Assembly (NCBI GenBank): GCA_963713045.1
Contig: CAVQKE010000006.1
Span: forward strand, 96,001 to 160,000
Length of the DNA stretch: 64,000 nucleotides
Reading direction: 5' to 3'
DNA from: an uncultured delta proteobacterium
GTDB taxonomy: Bacteria; Myxococcota; Myxococcia; Myxococcales; Myxococcaceae
Shown here: positions 60,414 to 64,000 of the stretch, in pieces
Layout of the letters: each line of letters opens with the position of its first letter
How positions within the stretch are numbered: the first letter of the stretch is position 1
Notes under the pieces: generated by a model
Told to the model about the DNA's origin: nothing
Seen by the model: only the letters and a program-made list of their open reading frames with translations
Database searches by the model: none
Position numbers and translations under genes: made by a program

Positions 60414-61697
60414 GTGGACCACTCCAAGAGCGAGGCCCTTTTCGCACGGGCGCTGCAGTGCATGCCGGGCGGCGTGAATTCGCCGGTGCGGGCCTTCCGC
60501 GGCGTGGGCGGAACCCCCGTCTTCTTCCGGGAAGGCGCCGGGGCATGGCTGACCGACGTCGACGGCAACCGCTACGTCGACCACGTGGGAAGCTGGGGCC
60601 CCCTCATCCTCGGGCACGCCCACCCAGCGGTGGTGCGCGCGGTGACGGAGGCGGCCGCCCGAGGGACGTCCTTTGGTGCCCCCCACGCGGGCGAAGTGGA
60701 GCTGGCCGAGTTGGTCAGCCGCCGAATGCCGGCCGTGGAAATGCTGAGGTTGACGTCCTCGGGGACGGAGGCCACCTCGGCGGCGGTGCGGCTGGCCCGA
60801 GGCTTCACCGGCCGGGAGGCGCTGGTGAAGTTTGAGGGCTGCTACCACGGGTCGGCGGACAGCTTCCTGGTGAAGGCGGGCAGCGGGGTGGAGACGTTGG
60901 GGCTCCCCGACTCACCGGGTGTGCCCAAGGCGCTGGCGGAGCTGACCCTGACGCTGCCCTACAACGACCTCGAAGCGGCGCGGGCCCTCTTCGCCTCGTC
61001 CGGGGAGCGCATTGCCGCCGTCATTGTCGAGCCGGTGGTAGGCAACATGGGGGTGCTGGTGCCGTCCGAAGGCTTTCTGGAAGGCCTGCAGTCACTGGCC
61101 AAAGCCTACGGCGCGCTCCTCATTCTGGATGAAGTCATGACCGGCTTCCGGCTGGCGCCGGGGGGCGCGCAGGAGCTGTACCACCTGAAGCCGGACCTCA
61201 CCTGTCTCGGCAAAGTCCTGGGCGGGGGGCTTCCGGTGGGGGCCTATGGAGGCCGGCGGGACGTGATGCAGAAGGTGGCACCGGCCGGGCCGGTGTACCA
61301 AGCCGGAACGCTGTCCGGGAACCCATTGGCGGTCGCGGCGGGACTGGCCTGTCTGAGGGCGCTGGAGGAGCCCTCCAGCTACGCGCGGCTGGAGGAGGTG
61401 GGCCGAGAGTTACAGCAGGGGCTTCTGGCCGAGGCGGCCTCGGCCGGCCTCCCCGTCACGCTGAACCGCGTGGGCAGCATGTGGACCCTCTTTTTTACAC
61501 CGGGCCCGGTGTACGACTACCCGACGGCGAAGACGGCTTCCACGACGCACTTTGGCCGCTTCTTCCAGGCCATGCTGCAGGCCGGTGTCTACCTGCCGCC
61601 GAGCCAATTCGAGGCTGCCTTCGCCTCGCTGGCGATGGGGCCGGATGCGGTGGCGCACACCTTGGAGGCGGCGCGGGCAGCCTTTCGCAGTCTGTAA
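60414..61697 (+). CDS. hemL: Glutamate-1-semialdehyde 2,1-aminomutase
   Basis: [39 protein letters not shown]. Confidence 0.97.
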   Translation: MDHSKSEALFARALQCMPGGVNSPVRAFRGVGGTPVFFREGAGAWLTDVDGNRYVDHVGSWGPLILGHAHPAVVRAVTEAAARGTSFGAPHAGEVELAELVSRRMPAVEMLRLTSSGTEATSAAVRLARGFTGREALVKFEGCYHGSADSFLVKAGSGVETLGLPDSPGVPKALAELTLTLPYNDLEAARALFASSGERIAAVIVEPVVGNMGVLVPSEGFLEGLQSLAKAYGALLILDEVMTGFRLAPGGAQELYHLKPDLTCLGKVLGGGLPVGAYGGRRDVMQKVAPAGPVYQAGTLSGNPLAVAAGLACLRALEEPSSYARLEEVGRELQQGLLAEAASAGLPVTLNRVGSMWTLFFTPGPVYDYPTAKTASTTHFGRFFQAMLQAGVYLPPSQFEAAFASLAMGPDAVAHTLEAARAAFRSL

Positions 61698-61809
61698 GCA
61701 AGGCCGGCAGTCCTCTGGCGTTGCACCCCTGCCGGACCGGGTGTTAGACGGCGCCTCGGTCCTCGGCAAGCTTGGAACCCATTGCCGAGCGCCCGGAAAT
61801 TCCAACAAG

Positions 61810-62046
61810 GTGGACCAGCCCGGAAAGGACAACGGCTTCGCCGGCGCTGAGCGCGGGGCAGCTCCCTACCTGGACGCCGCCTGGCAGATGGTGGCGGCGC
61901 TGCTTCTCGGCGCGGCCCTGGGCTGGCTCATCGACCGCAAGTTTGGCTCGCAGCCGTGGGGGATGGTGAGCGGGCTGGGCCTCGGTTTGGGCTTGGGCTT
62001 TTGGCGACTGCTTCAAACCCTTTCACAGCTGGGGAAGCGGCCATGA
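61810..62046 (+). CDS. AtpZ/AtpI family protein
   Basis: GWLIDRKFGSQPW motif, two TM helices, first gene of Fo cluster. Confidence 0.8.
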   Translation: MDQPGKDNGFAGAERGAAPYLDAAWQMVAALLLGAALGWLIDRKFGSQPWGMVSGLGLGLGLGFWRLLQTLSQLGKRP

Positions 62047-62420
62047 CGCGCGTCTTCATCCCGTTTGCCGCCGCCATGCTGGCCACGGGATGGTTGGCTT
62101 GGGTGCTGGCGGCGTCCTGGCCGGACGTCACCTCCGACGCCCGACTGGGGATTCTGCTGGCGGTGGTGGCCGGGGTGGGTGGCCTGGCAGTGAAGTCCAG
62201 GGCGTTGCGGCGCGGGGTGAAGGGCGCGCTCGCCTGGACGGTGGCCCTCTTCTTCGGCCGTATGGCCCTGTGGGGAGGCGGCGCCCTGTGGTTGCGCGGG
62301 CATGGCGGCAACGCGGCGGCCTTTACCGCGGGCTTCTGCGCCGTCTTCGGCGTGGAGCTGTTGTTGGAAGTCTCCTTCATTCTGGTGGCCTCGCGCCGCC
62401 GGCAACGGGGTACGGCGTGA
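62043..62420 (+). CDS. ATP synthase I-like 4-TM protein
   Basis: Hydrophobic, overlapping starts/stops between the atpZ-like gene and atpB. Confidence 0.65.
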   Translation: MTRVFIPFAAAMLATGWLAWVLAASWPDVTSDARLGILLAVVAGVGGLAVKSRALRRGVKGALAWTVALFFGRMALWGGGALWLRGHGGNAAAFTAGFCAVFGVELLLEVSFILVASRRRQRGTA

Positions 62421-63460
62421 TTCGGTCGGTGGCGTTGTTGGGCATATTTTTCGCCTCGGTGGCGCTGGCCTCCGAGGAGTCGCCCGCGAAAGTGGAGAAG
62501 CGCCAGCTCGAGCCGGGCCAGCTGGAGAAAGTCGTGCCCCGCGAGGAGCCGCCGCAGGACACGGCAGGCTACATCCTTCACCACGTCATGGACTCCGACC
62601 AGCTGGAGTTTCAAGTCCCGCTGAAGGACACCGAATATAAATTCCGCTTCCCGGTGTGGCGGATTCCGCTGAAGGCTGGGGCCTGTCCGGCCAATCCGGA
62701 GCAGCATGCGTCCTTGGGCAAGGGCTGCCTGGACCTGAGCCTCAGCAAGATGAGTGCGATGCTTCTCCTTGGCTCGACGGTGCTGATTCTGGTCTTCCTC
62801 CTCGGCACGCGGAGACAGGACGGGGGCCTGGTGCCGCGCGGACGGCTGGCCAACTTCCTGGAGATGCTGGTGGTCTTCGTGCGCAACGAGATTGCCATCC
62901 CCAACATCGGCAAGGAGGCGGGACCGAAGTACACGCCCTACCTGTTGTCCGTCTTCTTCTTCATCCTCGCCCTCAACCTCTTGGGCCTCTTCCCGTGGAT
63001 GTCCAGCGCCACCGGGAACATCGCGGTCACCGGGGCGCTGGCCAGCGTGACCTTCGTGTTGACTCAGGTGGCGAGCATTCGGGCGGCGGGCTTCTGGGGC
63101 TACCTCAAGCATCTCACCGGGGGCGTGCCGGTGTACCTGTGGCCCATCATGATTCCGGTGGAAATCCTCTCTCTCTTCACCAAGCCATTCGCCCTGACTC
63201 TTCGTCTGTTCGCCAACATGCTGGCCGGGCACGTTGTCCTCTTTTGCCTCATCGGCCTCATCTTCTTCATCGGCCACATTGCCGTGGCCGGCATCGCGGT
63301 CCCGCTTGGAATCGCCATCTACTTTCTCGAACTTTTCGTCGCTTTCTTGCAGGCCTACATTTTCACGATGCTGTCCTCGCTCTACATCGGCATGGGGGTG
63401 GCCATGGGCCACGACGACGTGCACACCGCGGAGGGTGCGCATCCGTCCGAAGCGCATTAG
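62417..63460 (+). CDS. atpB: ATP synthase Fo subunit a with N-terminal extension
   Basis: ILHHV, ALTLRLFANMLAGH, LQAYIF. Confidence 0.95.
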   Translation: MIRSVALLGIFFASVALASEESPAKVEKRQLEPGQLEKVVPREEPPQDTAGYILHHVMDSDQLEFQVPLKDTEYKFRFPVWRIPLKAGACPANPEQHASLGKGCLDLSLSKMSAMLLLGSTVLILVFLLGTRRQDGGLVPRGRLANFLEMLVVFVRNEIAIPNIGKEAGPKYTPYLLSVFFFILALNLLGLFPWMSSATGNIAVTGALASVTFVLTQVASIRAAGFWGYLKHLTGGVPVYLWPIMIPVEILSLFTKPFALTLRLFANMLAGHVVLFCLIGLIFFIGHIAVAGIAVPLGIAIYFLELFVAFLQAYIFTMLSSLYIGMGVAMGHDDVHTAEGAHPSEAH

Positions 63461-63569
63461 AAGCCTCACACCCCGTGCCGAATGGTCGGCGATGGGAGGT
63501 AGTCCCTGGGGAAGAACGACCCCCCCCTGACGCAGGGTCCCTTTTGGTTGTCCTTGTAGGAAAAACGAA

Positions 63570-63803
63570 ATGACCAACCTTGCTCTCGCATTTCTCGGTG
63601 CCGGCATCGCCGCCGGCCTCTCTGTGCTCGGTGTCGGCGTCGGCATCGGCCAGCTGGCCGCCGGGGCAATGGAGGCGACCGGTCGTCAGCCGGCGTCGAC
63701 CAACGACATCCGCACGAGCATGCTCATCGCAGCGGCCCTCATCGAAGGCGTCGGCTTCGCCGGCATCGTGGTGGCCTTCCTGCTTGCTGGTAAGACGTCG
63801 TAA
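63570..63803 (+). CDS. atpE: ATP synthase Fo subunit c
   Basis: GVGVGIG, RQP loop, carboxylate in ALIEG. Confidence 0.95.
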   Translation: MTNLALAFLGAGIAAGLSVLGVGVGIGQLAAGAMEATGRQPASTNDIRTSMLIAAALIEGVGFAGIVVAFLLAGKTS

Positions 63804-63818
63804 CGCAAAAAGCTGGAC

Positions 63819-63852
63819 CTTCCTGCCGGGGAGGCTTCTCCCCGGGAGGAAG
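63819..63852 (+). other. Strong RNA hairpin between atpE and atpF
   Basis: CTTCCT.CCGGGGAG-GCTT-CTCCCCGG.AGGAAG; no U-tract. Confidence 0.65.
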
Positions 63853-63886
63853 ACCTACTTCACCCTTCGCCTCGCGCCTGCTCCCC

Positions 63887-64000
63887 ATGCCCCTCCTGCT
63901 TGCTGAAAGCGGCTTTCTCGAAGTGAAGCCGGGCCTTATTTTTTGGACGCTGGTGACGTTTGCCATTGCCGCCTACGTGCTGAGGCGCGTTGCCTGGGGG
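63887..64000 (+). CDS. atpF: ATP synthase Fo subunit b, 3'-truncated by window edge
   Basis: MPLLLAESGFLEVKPGLIFWTLVTFAIAAYVLRRVAWG. Confidence 0.85.
   Translation, partial: MPLLLAESGFLEVKPGLIFWTLVTFAIAAYVLRRVAWG

Noticed and set aside
63570..63803. Na+-translocating c ring
   Set aside because: The Glu is followed by Gly (IEGV), lacking the ES/ET Na+ ligand.

Overview
High-GC (roughly 70%) chromosomal window from a myxobacterium (Myxococcota, Myxococcaceae-like) spanning the probable replication origin. Core genes: rpmH-rnpA-yidD-yidC-jag-like, rsmG-parA-parB-bacM with two perfect parS sites, dnaA-(oriC candidate)-dnaN-recF-gyrB-tRNA-Gln, ileS-lspA-lgt and hemL. Also present are the AglRQS-type gliding motor, vegA, kynA, egtB-egtD, and an F1Fo ATP synthase split over three loci. 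No CRISPR, prophage, IS or rRNA was seen. The most striking unexplained structure is at 14.8-18.4 kb: two tandem paralogous ~70-aa secreted Ala/Lys-rich peptides. Each has its own sigma54 -24/-12 promoter and intrinsic terminator, and two 17-bp palindromes 32 bp apart lie upstream, next to a divergent sensor kinase and NtrC-type activator. Other notable items are a translationally coupled pair of dynamin-like GTPases, a Fur-box-preceded cytochrome c lipoprotein between oriC and dnaN, a kinase-TonB fusion between atpH and atpA, several apparent pseudo-enzymes, and the absence of mnmE/mnmG from their usual position. All family calls come from motif recognition by eye; no searches were run.
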